A stretch of 64,000 nucleotides of DNA from Moniliella sp. 'wahieum' (Eukaryota). Every line of letters begins with the position of its first letter. The first letter of the stretch is position 1. This document shows positions 24,664 to 36,535 of the stretch, piece after piece. Where the stretch lies: assembly GCA_003971905.1 (NCBI GenBank), contig RSEE01000055.1:124001-188000 (forward strand). The letters run 5' to 3'. The position numbers and the translations under genes are program-made. The notes under the pieces were generated by a model. The model saw nothing but the letters and a program-made list of their open reading frames with translations, was not told the DNA's origin and ran no database searches.

Positions 24664-26864
24664 TTAGGCCACCGACACGGTGGGCGTGATCATCCTCCTG
24701 CGAGTGTAGACCGTACCGGCCTCCACATCCTCGTCCATATCCACGTTCTTGCCGTCGTTGCGCTCTCGGCGGCCGGCTGCCAAGGTCTGGGCAAAGATCG
24801 AGCGTTCCCGCACCTCCTTGCCCTTGTACCACAGAATGTAAATGGGGAAGATAATGAGGATCGAAGCAAAGGCCAGCAGAGTGGTGGCCCACTCGTACCC
24901 CATCTTTTCGTACATTGGTACCGAGAAATGGCCGAAATGCCCGCGAGGAAATCACGCGCCAGCGCATTTCCACCACACGCACTCGCACTATCGTCATGGT
25001 CAGCCAACAATCACAACAAGCCAGACACGGAACGTACCTGTAAGGACCGTAGGCGGCAATCATATAGTCAACAGTGGCAAAATAGATAGCATAATTGGCC
25101 ATCGAAATGAGCGCACTGAAAATTAGCGGTGCGATCCAGTGGGAATGAGGGGGACCCATGGAGGTCCAGGCAAAGCCGAATAGACCCAACGTCTCCCAAG
25201 GACAAAGGAAGAGAGATATGTCAAACGAGCCTCGGGCGTGAGCGCGTTACGGTCACGCTTCCTCTGCTTGAGCTCCCATCCAAACCGGGGCAGGTAGAGG
25301 CCCCAGCGATAACATAGCCAATGAGACCGAAAGAAAGGCGAGGCCGACTTCGACGGTAGTGAAACTCCACTGGCCAAACACCAGTTCAAAGCTTTCTTGG
25401 AAAATAAAGATAAGCATGTCGCTAAACCCGGAAAGAGGGAGCAGAATAGCACAATTGGCTCCCGCACAAACATCTCAAATGGACGGATCCAGTGCGTAGC
25501 CATCGACTTGAAGTTGATGCTACCCTTGGCCTCGGTCGGACCCCAGATATTGGACTCGCCGGCACGACGACGACGACGGGCCTCACGGTCCAAGAGGATG
25601 GTGGAACGTGTCTCGGGCACAATGAAAAAGTGAAGCAGCTGAGTCAGGCCATTGAAGCACAACTGACTCCAGAAGTTCCAAATCAAAGGCACACCAGGGA
25701 TGCCAAGGAATCCTCCGATGAACGCACCCCCTGACACACCAAAGCACGAGAGGAGCACCATGAATGCCAAAGCGTACTGCTGCTCGTCCGGCTCAAACAG
25801 ATCAGCCACCACAGCCAGGGTGACACCACCATTAGCCGTAAAGAGGCCACAGAAGAAACGAGAGACGACAATCGAACCAAAGTTGGGAGCCAAGGCAGCC
25901 AAAATGGTAAAGCCTTACAGTCAAGAGAAAGTTAGCTGGTTGCTTCAAAACAGGACAAACAGGGGGAGCTCATATACGCACTGTTGACGAGGGTCAAAGA
26001 CAATTGCAAGATTGGCTTCCTCCCAAATTCCTCAGACCACGGTGCCCACAGCTCACAGCCAAAACTGTAAGCCACCAGGTAAATCATCTGACCCACACGG
26101 GCCGCTTGTGCGCTGACATGGAACTTTTCGACAATCCCAGGCACGGCATTGGAGTAGCAAGAAGTGTTGTAGTTCATCGAGACTTGAATCAGGGCGGTAA
26201 AAACAAGGGTCAACCACTTCTTCCAGGTGGGGAAAGAATATCCTGTAGCGAGATACCCAGCGCGTTCAGTAAGAACAATCTTTCCTTCTTCGTTGGGGCG
26301 CAACTGCGCCTCGCCCTCAATCGCCTTTTCAGCGTTGGACTTGAGCAGGTCGTTCTTGTTCTCGATCCGCTTGATTTCATGGGGATAGTAAGTCCGCATC
26401 CGGTCGCCGAGGCCAGGGTGACGGATCTTGACACGTCCATCGGGATACTGGAAGGCAGTCAGAGCGGGGTCTTCCGTAGTCTCTTTTGTTCGGGCTCCTT
26501 CTCGTCTGGGCTGTCGACCGAAGTTTGCGATCCATCTTCGTTGGATGGCGGGGTGGAGTGCTAGCCTCTGGCTGGGACGGGTTTGGCACCTGAGCCATGT
26601 CGAGCGCCTCGGGTGGGGGGCGCCTCGACTGCTCATGTCACCGGGACGAAGCAGGGCGGTGAGAGCAGCGGCAGGAATGCTGCGAGTACGGCTCTTAGTG
26701 CGGGAGTGGGCATTGGTGAGCGCAGGACCTTCATCGTCTGAGATGGCTGTCTCGTCAGGCGCAGAGGCAGGGGCGGCATTGGACAGAGCCGCGCGGGCTT
26801 GGGCAGCCGTAGTCTGGGACCCCGCTGACGCCCTACCGGACGGGCGTGGCTCGGTACTTGACAT
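24664..26864 (-). CDS. MFS transporter, DHA1-like drug:H+ antiporter family
   Basis: WKKWLTL..LWAPWSEEFGRKP, ALAPNFGSIVVSRFFCG, VVADLF, VPETR, IRPFEMFVREP, PEARL, DYMIAAYGPY|SASACGGNALARDFLAG, MYEKMGYEWATTLLAF. Confidence 0.92.
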
Positions 26865-28191
26865 GGGTACTGTGGCTGTTGGTTAGGCGAGTGCGGATGG
26901 GGTGGTGGTGGCAGTCCAGAAATGTAAAACGGTGTCGTTCTTGAGAGAGGAGAATCGAAAAGAATATAGCCACGCAGGGAAAAAAACGGCCGCGTAGAAA
27001 GAGCACCGTCTTTTAAACGCGTGACGCGTGACGTTGACGGACCCGCGCGTGTAAATCCAGTGGCGTCATCGTGCCGAAAAGTTCGATCACAGTGACGCCG
27101 ACAGTTTCGCACAGGGGGGCTGTCACATGTCCCATGCAATGCGTCACAATGTGACACCCCACCCACGCGCAGCAGGCCGGCGGAATGGCACACGAGGCGC
27201 CTTGGCAGTCGAAACTGGGCTCGAGCATTGCAACGCTTGCGGCAGTGTGACCCACCCCCCATCCGATCTAGGATCTGAATCTAACATCGTGATGACTGGC
27301 ATGGAACATGGTCACTGAATCGAGAGGACATGGCTGTTGGGCGTTGGGCCGGCCCACCTCCTACACGCTGCATCAGAGCAGCAAGTACCTGTTGGCCTGC
27401 GTGCTCCCGGCCAGCTGACGGACTGAATCTGGCCGGCGGCTCGGGGCCTGCCGGGGCCAGAACGCCCCGCCGGGGCGGTTCTGGCCTGTAACATGTTATG
27501 CAAGTTACGGCCACAGGAAACATACCGATGTAAACGTGGACGTTGAACGTACTACGTACGTTGAACGCTAACGGTACTGGACCCTGTGGGATAGGTTGTC
27601 GACTATCCACCATCCATTTTGTAATTGGCCAGTATCACGGTCCTCTTAGCTAATCAGGGGAATCTTCTCACCGCTCTCCCCGCCGATCCTGTTCTCCCTC
27701 CTCCTACCAGTGCATCTTTGGCTTCCCTTGGTACTTGGTCTCACCCGTATCGCCCGATTCTTACAGCCAGAGTAGAAGAGAGAACCTCTCTCTCTGGTTT
27801 CAACATATCAGAGTAGACGCCGGTCAGATCTCAGGCTGTTTTCGGTAAAACCACGGGAAGGGATGTGGAACTCAATATCAATGCTGTTCCTTCCACTCTT
27901 TTCACACTTTACTGCCAGCATCCTATTGGCTGGGGGACCACGGCCATTTCTTGACCGTCCGTAGTGATTAAACCAGTTCTAACTAGCTCTAACTCCTACT
28001 GGTCACTAGCCGTTTTAACTACCGGTTACCCACAGCCTCGATGCTCGCGCTCGCACACAACAGCGGTCGATGACGTCAGTGACCAGTGATTATCAATTAA
28101 ACCTAAGCCTAAGCCTTAGGAGCTAGCTTAGGCGCTTAGGCCCCTTCGGCCTTAAACTTTTAAGTGATCCATTACTAGCTTTACTGATTAA

Positions 28192-28280
28192 TGACGTATG
28201 ATGCATGATGCATGATGCATGATGAAGATGGATGCCGGTGACCGGTGACCGGTGACCGGTGATGCATGATGCATGATGCC
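28192..28280. repeat. phased heptamer arrays (TGATGCA)n and (TGACCGG)n
   Basis: TGATGCA at 28199/28206/28213; TGACCGG at 28239/28246/28253, continuing in phase as TGATGCA at 28260/28267. Confidence 0.95.
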
Positions 28281-28596
28281 TGCCGCCGAGCAAAATAAAC
28301 GCCTTCGAAAAAGTGAGCAACTGCTGTCACAGATTGTCGCCTACTGTTGCCCGCCCGGGACAAGGCGGATCCATAGAGCAACTGGGAAACCCGGTAACGA
28401 ATAGTACCCAACATGCAACAGCCAGTTACCGGTTGCCGGCTACCGGTCACCGTACCAGCAACCCCAGGAACCGCCAAGAGTCAAATAATCGTCGGCGCGA
28501 CCGCCACATGAAGGCTGCTTGTGGTGACCGGTGTGGCCTGTGGTGAGTACTCAGGCTCAGTTAACTGAGTGCGGGCAAGCTCTGTCTGGGGATGGT

Positions 28597-28627
28597 TCAA
28601 CGTTCAACGTTCAACGTTCATTAATGA
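28597..28627. repeat. heptamer array (TCAACGT)3-TCATTAA-TGA
   Basis: tcaacgttcaacgttcaacgttcattaatga. Confidence 0.9.
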
Positions 28628-29413
28628 TTCCACCCTCCCCCACCGACCATGGGGAAAGGGGCTCGACCGGCGACCAGAGCGCCCTGTGCGCGCAGCGTCA
28701 GGCGCGTCAGATCTCAGACCGTCAGACCGCGCCACGCGTCAGGAACCACTCTGAGAATGGCGAGAAGGCGCTAAAATTAATATAAGGACTCACCGGTACT
28801 CCCCGAGCATCCCGCTGCTGCCTTCCCTGATAATTGCATCCCCACCATCTCTCCCCTTTTTGTCATGCTCGCCTCCCACAGGTTTGCTAAGGCCATATAT
28901 CGGCAGGCCTGGGGCCCAAGGGCCTAAGACTTAAGGCAAATGTAAGCCACGGGGTAAGGCACCAAAAAAGGAAGGCAAATGTCAAAAAGAGCCCGAGAGG
29001 AACTGTGCCCAAAACGTAAAGTCGAAAAAGGGAATAAACTTCGATACTACACAATGGGGGAATGTATGGGACCGCATGGTTCTCGGATTTTGTTGGAGGC
29101 CGGATTTCTCGTTTGTCAGTGGCAAAAAATTGCCTGTATGTTTGTGTGGCCGAGACAGGCACACGCCAATAACGTCTTCAATACCGCAGCCTCCACGAGC
29201 TCTTTGGAAGCAGGACTGAGCGCGCTGAAGCCTGCTGGAGTTATTATCTGAAGTTTGAAGAGCTTGTGAAGCTTGAAGGTAGGATAGTACAGCCATAACC
29301 CAAGTAGAAACTAGTACGTGGAGCTAGGTGAATATTGAATAAGTTTAGAGGTTCTGGCACGTCTGCGTCATCATATGCACATGCATCATGCGCCATGCGC
29401 CATGCACCATCGA

Positions 29414-29990
29414 TCATCAATCATTAATCATCGATCATCGATCATCAAATCAGTTGACTAGGAACTGCGCTGTGCCAGTTTCTAGTTACTTCTCGATTAC
29501 TAGAAGGGTCTCTCGTGTGACATGCGCCACGTGACGCGTGACGTATGAGCATACGATGTGGTTGAGATCATCGATCATCGATCATCGATCAGAAGACTTG
29601 CAGGCTCCTGCAGCACTTCCGGTCCGGCGTTGCTCGCTCCGCGGCCGGCGGTGTTTCATACGGAGCGCGGCTGCGGCAGTGGCTATCGCACCGAGTTTTA
29701 CATTTCCCGCCGAAGTGGTCACCGGTCACTGGTCACCGGTCATCGAGGTCATCGGTCATTTGTCCTCTCTGTTGCGCCATACGTGATGCGTGACGTTGTG
29801 TGACTTGCATGTGCAACAACTGTGTGTTTGTTTTAATGCTCGCTCGTTTTGGGGAAGTTATTCAAGCTTCAAGCTTCAAGCTAATGTCACGCGTCACGCG
29901 TCAGCGTCACGAGTCAAGCTGGTCAACCTTCAAATCTTCAAGCTACAAGTGAAGCTTCGTGCACTTCATGCATCATGCATCATGCATCAC
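29414..29990. repeat. cluster of heptamer arrays with TCGA, TTAA, CCGG, AGCT, CGCG and TGCA cores
   Basis: Arrays at 29414-29448, 29568-29591, 29719-29746, 29862-29882, 29887-29903 and 29966-29989. Confidence 0.9.
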
Positions 29991-30399
29991 TCATCATATG
30001 CGCGACTAGCGCGCTGATGCGCTGATGATTGGTTAGCGTCGCACCCCGTTCCCCTCCTTCTCTCATGGTGCGTTCAAGGTCGGACTACACCAACTGACAA
30101 GAAGCTATCTATAACTGTTCCTCCTCGCACAGTAGTGCAATCGTCATCCTTAGCTTGGTAGCGTAGATACTTGTCAATTAACGGACAACCGCGGTTCTGC
30201 ATTCTGGGCTCTCAGATCTCATTATGGTGTGACCGATTCATGGCGCTCACCCATTGATAGCCCAGTGTAGTGCTTCGCCTCGCCCTAGCCCCCATTCTTT
30301 CAGGAGGGAGTAGTGATTAGTGATTTGAGTGGGTCATGTAGCTCATCGAGCGCATTTCGATCCTGTGCCACCTCTCGACCGTTGCATTTTTGCAAAACA

Positions 30400-32000
30400 A
30401 TCTCTGTGATGAAAATGTCACATTGGAGGCGAAGGTGAAGAAGGCCAGAGGACTAGGTGAAGGGATGTAGCAATCGTTCGTGGGGAAGAGGCAAGAGCAG
30501 AGGGCATGGTACGAAGCGGGACAACAGGGAAAGGTCGAGACGCTCGGGACGAAAAGAAATTGGAAATGGGAGCCTGCGAGCTGCGCTACATCCGGTTTGG
30601 AAGCGAAAGGCGGGCGAGAGAGGGTCCTGAGCCCTGGCCGGCCTTACCTGCAAGCGTCTCCTCTCGTTTCCTAAACGGGTTTTGGCGCAAACAAGCATGG
30701 TAATGTGGGGAGTATGCTAATGCATTATTCCTTCTGCGCTTACAGTGTATAACGATACCAAAAATGGCAAAAATGGAAGCGGCAATTACTGTATAGAGTG
30801 CGACTCGGACGCTTCACTCGTAAAGTCTGTGGTGCGGTGGAACAGGGCACTCTCCGACGAACCGAACAGTCTATTACAGGAAAGCTAGCCATCAGCAGAG
30901 AGTGGGCACAAGTTACAAGTGAAGCGAAGAACGGTGCGGTGGTGGAGAGACAGGACACTAAGTAGAGAAGGAGGACGGAAAAGGCGAGCGCGCGCGCAAG
31001 CGCGAAGAAGTATCGGGTATGAACTGATCTTTAGTGCCTCTGAGCCATAGCGCCAGCCTATTAGTGTCACCCCCACGTCACAAAAGACCCCCCCCCACCT
31101 GATAACTTGCCTAGGAACGCCGTGAGGACGAGGGGAGGTACGGGCGCGGGCGGCTTGTCCATTGCAGATTGGGAGGCGCGGCGGAAGGTCAATAGTTAGC
31201 CTCCGCCGTTAAAGAACAGAGAGCCACGCTTCCCTTGCAAGTACTCGTGCATATACAGCTCGCGGCCATCAAAGTGGAGCAGCACGTCCGTTGTGTCCCT
31301 GGAGGCTTGGGCAACGCGATAGGGGCCCTCCTACTTGGCTGCTAGTGCTCCAAGTGTCTCGCAGCGTTTTACGGCGCAAACAGAGCGCTTGACCAAGCAT
31401 CCGGGCGGGAAGTGGATACGCTATACCCGCGGGGATGCAGTACGCGTGGCGGCGATGCTGCTCTGCAGCTCGCGCAGACGCTCCGCACTGATGAAGTGGT
31501 CCTCCTGTACGGAGAAGCGAAGTTGGGTTGGACTGGCCTCAGGGATATGTGTGCTTGCACCTTCGGAAACGTGTTGGAGAAGCGGCGCTCAAAGAAGATG
31601 GTAGCGGGAGCGGTATGGTCAATGTGGCGACAGAGCCTCTCAGGGGCGGACATTGTGGGCGTGCACCACAAAGGCGTCGTCGAGCACTGCTGGCCAACAC
31701 CCAATTTGGAGCAGAAAGAGGAACGGAGGGTAGTGCATAGCCTTTTCCAAACTCGACACCTCTTATTGACCGCCGACAAGGTCAAGAAGGCCTGGATAAC
31801 TGGATAACGATACCGCCGAAGCTGCGGCGGCTGACCTCAAATAGAATGGAGCGCACCTGGGACAAACCGTGCCAGTTGGCGCTTATCCATCATGCTACAG
31901 ACATTCAATCTGCGGGCAGGACGCGAATATGCGAGTCCAGACCAATTTCCGGAGTTTAGTGCTCCCAACTATGATCAAGCTAGATCAAGAAGCATATGAT
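30400..32000 (+). mobile_element. possible highly degenerate non-LTR retrotransposon or pseudogene relic
   Basis: Broken protein-like frames. GAGGLSIADWEARRK (around 31143) and AGAVWSMWR (around 31603) resemble the GGLG and W-x-x-W-x-x-R motifs of L1/Tx1-type ORF2 C-termini. No intact RT motifs seen. Confidence 0.3.
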
Positions 32001-32918
32001 AAAGTGGAGCTGCCGTTCATATTGAGGCCTAGAGAGTTATAGGTTCCTCCGGCACTCAGCAAGCCCGAAGACAGTGTGGACGCGATCACCTATATATAAT
32101 CTGCAAAAAGCTCAAGCTGCCCCGCGGCGGTCTAACTTCCACGCTTCTGCTTTGTTTCCATCTTATTGCTCAGCACTCCTACTGAGCAGTCTCTGCTACG
32201 GAAGTGGGGATGTTTGATTATCGATTATCATGAGGCAGCAGAGGGGGGTGGTGATGACGCGCGTCAGCATGACGCGAGCACTGTATTATTGGAAAAGCAT
32301 GGAAAGGTCCGCATTTATCCGCGGGCGAAAGGGAAGTGTGTCACCAAAAGGTCATGACCGCGCGTGAAAACAAGGGCAGGGTTTTTAAAACACCTTGTGG
32401 CATATGCCACAGGCATGTTCCCTGCTCCCCACAGGTTATTTGCGGTTGCTTCTGTTCTTCCACCACCCTGCTTTGAGCTGACCGTCGCGGCCGAATTCTG
32501 CCTCTGTCCTTCACGCGCCCTCCATTATCGGTAGACAACTACTCCGCTGCCTGTTGGCTGGACTCAAAAAACCTCAGTTGAGTGGCTGACTCTCGCGACG
32601 AGGAGAAAGAAACCCGGCTGGCAACAGCGGTAGCGGTAACCGGCATCTTGCACGGCAAATACGCTTGTTTTTGTCGCCAACTCACTTATCCTCACAGCTT
32701 TTGCCGCCCATTGCTTGCCATAAGGTCAGCGTTGGTTTGGCAGTATCAGCCAGTCCATTTTCCCCGCGGCATCCAGGATGCGATCGTTGTCGCAGTCGTA
32801 TCACCCGTCGCCACCCCGTTCGCCACCCCGTTCGCCCCGGGCTGCATCCTCTAACCATCAGTTCCAGACCGGCTTGCAGCTCACACGGCCACTTCTCTTG
32901 TCCTCCAGCCACTTTGAT

Positions 32919-34112
32919 ATGAACTTGCCCTCCAAGAGGAAGCACAGCCGTCACTCGCTCCCCCGCTTGCTCCAGCTGAGGATGACGACCACCTCTCAAC
33001 TATCCCTGGAACCGATGTTTCCATTTGCGACCACAACAACACTCCTCTCCTTGTTGAACCACCACCTGTGTCCTGCCGATTATGGCATCGCTTATGGAGC
33101 GGAAGACGTACCACAGACGGTAGTTCTCCAACTAGGGAAGACCCCAGTCTTCAGTTAACAAGCGCTGAAAGGCGGCAGATCGTGTTGAGAGTTGGTTTCA
33201 CCATTGCGTGTCTCTTTTTATGCTGCATTTCCGCTCTGGTCGGGATTCTTGGGGTGTGTCTCCCTCCGGTTGAACCTGAAGATAAGGGCCAGTTCCGACT
33301 TCCGCGGTCGTTTGATGAGCTGGTGGTGCTGCATACGTTGATGATAAAGTACAAGGAATCATACAGTGCCCGCCTGCTCATCTGCTGGACCTCCACATTC
33401 ATTTTTCTTCAGGCCTTCTCTATCCCCGGGAGCATGTGGATGGCTATTCTCGCCGGAGCAGTGTGGAGTATGCCCATTGCCTATCCACTGGTCATATCGG
33501 TGCGTTACTCTTTTCGCATATTATGCCCTACTACTGCGACTGACTCAAACGCGATATTTACATTAGGCTGTGGCGTGCGGAGCGACGGTAGCGTACTTTC
33601 AGCATGCCCATGGACTCACTCTTGTTGGTTCGGCCGCGGTGGAGACAGCGGGTTGAGAGTTGGAAGGCCCGGATTCAAAAGGAAGACCACCTCATATCCT
33701 ACCTTGTCTTACTCCTCCGCATGGCTCCCGTTCCCCCCCCAGTGTGGTCAACATTGCTTCTCCCCACTTGGGTGTGAGCTTGTTCCCGTTTTGGATCAGT
33801 ACGGCGATTGGCACCGCAGCTGTATCATTCATTCAAGTTACCCTAGGCCAAAAGCTGGAAGAAATGAGTACACCTGAGGAGATGCAACTCGTTTCAGGCC
33901 ATAACATCCTCCTACTCGGTGGGATCATCTTGGCTGCGCTCGTTCCGTTGGCGGCGAGGAAAGTTTACCAACAATCCCCCTTGGAAGATCCTGCCGGGCC
34001 AGAAGGCCAGGTTGCACTTCCCCCGATGCCCGGCCAGCCGATTCCTCCGATATTGAGGCTCATCTCAACGGATGAAGGGAGCTTACTTCCCTCCCGAGAT
34101 CCTAACTCCTGA
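32919..34112 (+). CDS. TMEM41/VMP1-like (DedA/VTT, SNARE-associated domain) membrane protein
   Basis: LPRSFDEL..LMIKYK..FIFLQAFSIPGSMWMAILAGAVW; P..VVNIASPHLGVSLFPFWISTAIG. Intron around 33500-33567 (GTGCGT..CTGAC..TAG). Confidence 0.88.
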
Positions 34113-34467
34113 TTTGAATGCACGTTAGTTGAACTTAACAGTCGATGCTTCTTCCGACTGTGCCGTGGCATCCGTAACCGACAATTCGGACACTTCACGT
34201 TGATTCCCCCATATACATGTGCACCATATTATTCAGGATCCGTGGTGGCAGGGGCGGTACTGATGGTGGCTGTGGTGGTGGCGGCGGGTTGTGGGGGTGA
34301 TGCCGACGACAGAGAGAAGTAAATGAAAAAGGAGTCACCGACAGCGTTAACAATTGTTTGTTCCAATTCCGCCCACGCGGGACTAGCCCCGCTGCCTGCC
34401 TGTGGTGCACTGGCATCAATTGGCTGTTGGATGTTAATCGCCTCAACTTGGCTCGAGCTCGTCGTCG

Positions 34468-36245
34468 ATGCTCATCTTTGTGCCGCGGGACCTACCCCTC
34501 CCCAAGCCCTCCTCGCCTCTTGTTCTGATCGGCCACCGCTTTTCAGCTGACGGCCACTCGGCTCTCGTCGTTGTTCATGGCTTGGATTCTTGCCATTTGG
34601 CCGCCTGGGGTGGCACGACACTCGCACGCAAGATACGCCACCATCGCCGTCCGAAACAACAGACGTGATCCCGCTGGGCTTGTTCTACAACCAAGATGAC
34701 TGCGTGGATGCGATTTCGCGTGATTATGATCTGGTACTTCAGGTGCACTCGCTATCTCAGCCGGGTAGGCGTCGGTCTCTCTCAGATATTACCTTGATGT
34801 ACGAAGAACCCAATGCCTTGCTCGAACAAGACTCACACCTTTCTCTTCTGTCAGATTCTCATCGTATCCTCTCCCCACGCTCATCCTCTACGACCCTCCT
34901 AATCCTGACTTTCATCGTTTCCTTGCCACATCACCTATCTATCTCGCCAGAAGCATGCATCATCAACGGAGGCAGTCGACGACGGTCAGACGTTCGTGTT
35001 GGCCATCCAAAAAATCAACCAGGTTATTTCCACGCGCGCAAGCTACAAGGCATGCAACCATCTTCTCATTCATCCAAGGCAGGATGGCTATTTTGTCCCC
35101 ATTCGATGGCTGCGTGCGGCGGTGGGATACCCGCCGCTGCTATCTCGTTCCCGTGTCGCGCGGCAGGTGTACGTGCGCCTTACCCAGGCGACTGTTGCCC
35201 CCGTGGTGGCATCTGATCTAAGGCGCAGGCGACATGCTGGGGAGCCAGCAGCCTGTCTCTCACGACCCTACATGGCTGTGTGGGGCAGTCTATGGCTTAT
35301 ATTGTACGACATTCTCCTGGGGCAAGTGATGGCCGCTATGCTCGTGTCCATCGCGGATGCAGGCAGGATCGCTGCTACAAGTCAATGGGTGCACAATATC
35401 CTAGTGGTACAGCCGATTGCGCTGCTCACCTGGCTCGAGCAGTGGCCTGTGGGCCTCAAACTCAACACTCCCCTTGCAACATTCTTGGGTGATATGGCGC
35501 GAGCGCTGTTACTGGCGTTTGATGAACTATTGTTGCACCTCTCTTGGTCTTGGGGGAGCCGCCCCTCTCGACCTTACTGGTCCAGGGACTGATTTGGGGA
35601 TGCAAATATGGGGGTTTGGCTCTCTTCTTTGCCTTGGCTACTGATGTGTTATCAGTACTCACGCTCCATCTCCGCCTTCTTCATGTGGGTTTAGCCGCTA
35701 CTACCCGCGCTCTGGGCCAGAGTCTCTTCGCGCTGTTCCTTCTGTTCCAAGGGCGGAGGAGAAATCCCCTCCGAGGGGGGCGGATTGACAGGGCTGGGCA
35801 GTATGAGGTGACCAAACTCTACTCGGAACTCTCCTCTTTACGCTGCTGCTATTCCTTGCGCCAACAGTGGGAGTGTACTACCTTTGTGCGGCAATTCCTC
35901 TTGGCGGGCTGGTCCTTCTCACTGCGCTTCTCGACGCAGCTCGTGCGACCGTCAATTTCTTCCCCCACTCTTCTTCTCTCTCGGATTAAAGATCCAGCAC
36001 GAGTACCTGGGGCTGTGTCATTGCTGATGATTGAGCCAGGACTCTTGCGTCGCGGCAGCAGCAGCGGGTGGGGAACGGCGTACGAGCTGCACTCTCAGCC
36101 TGTTTCGGTTTCCCAACTGTTCGACGGCTACACGGACCAGCTTGCGCCATTGTGGGATGTTCCAACAGCATTGTGGAATCTGGCACGTGCACAGCCATTG
36201 GCACTGCAGGTTGCTCCTCTGTCCATCCCATTTTTGGAGGAGTAG
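34468..36245 (+). CDS. GPI1: GPI-GlcNAc transferase subunit Gpi1 (PIG-Q)
   Basis: LWLILYDILLG, WLEQWPVGLKLNTPLATFLG, LFLLFQGRRRNPLRGGRID. Confidence 0.9.
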
Positions 36246-36535
36246 AAGGTGTTGGCCATGCATGAGATTCGATACCCATCCACCAGTATGTGGGCACAGC
36301 GTCGACCATAGTTTGCTCCACCTCGATTGCGGCGGAAGGGATGGAATTGAATTGCGGCGGGCCAATTCCGCCTCCCAGTGGAGCACACGCTCCTCCAGCC
36401 TCCTGGGGCCAAGTCGGGGGAAGAAGGGTAGCGAAGACTGGCGCAGTGCGGGCGCTCACGCGTCGCGCCTGCTTTTCTAGTTGGTTCGCCGAGCCCTTCC
36501 ACATTGACGCCACCACCTCATCCACCGCCACACCC

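Noticed and set aside
30020..30430. Hammerhead core (CTGATGA at 30022) or C/D snoRNA box (TGTGATGA around 30405)
   Set aside because: No matching GAAA and stems, and no D box with terminal stem found.
31603..31623. Peptide AGAVWSM shared between ORF 31412..31807 and the TMEM41-like gene
   Set aside because: Codons differ and flanking residues do not align; treated as chance.
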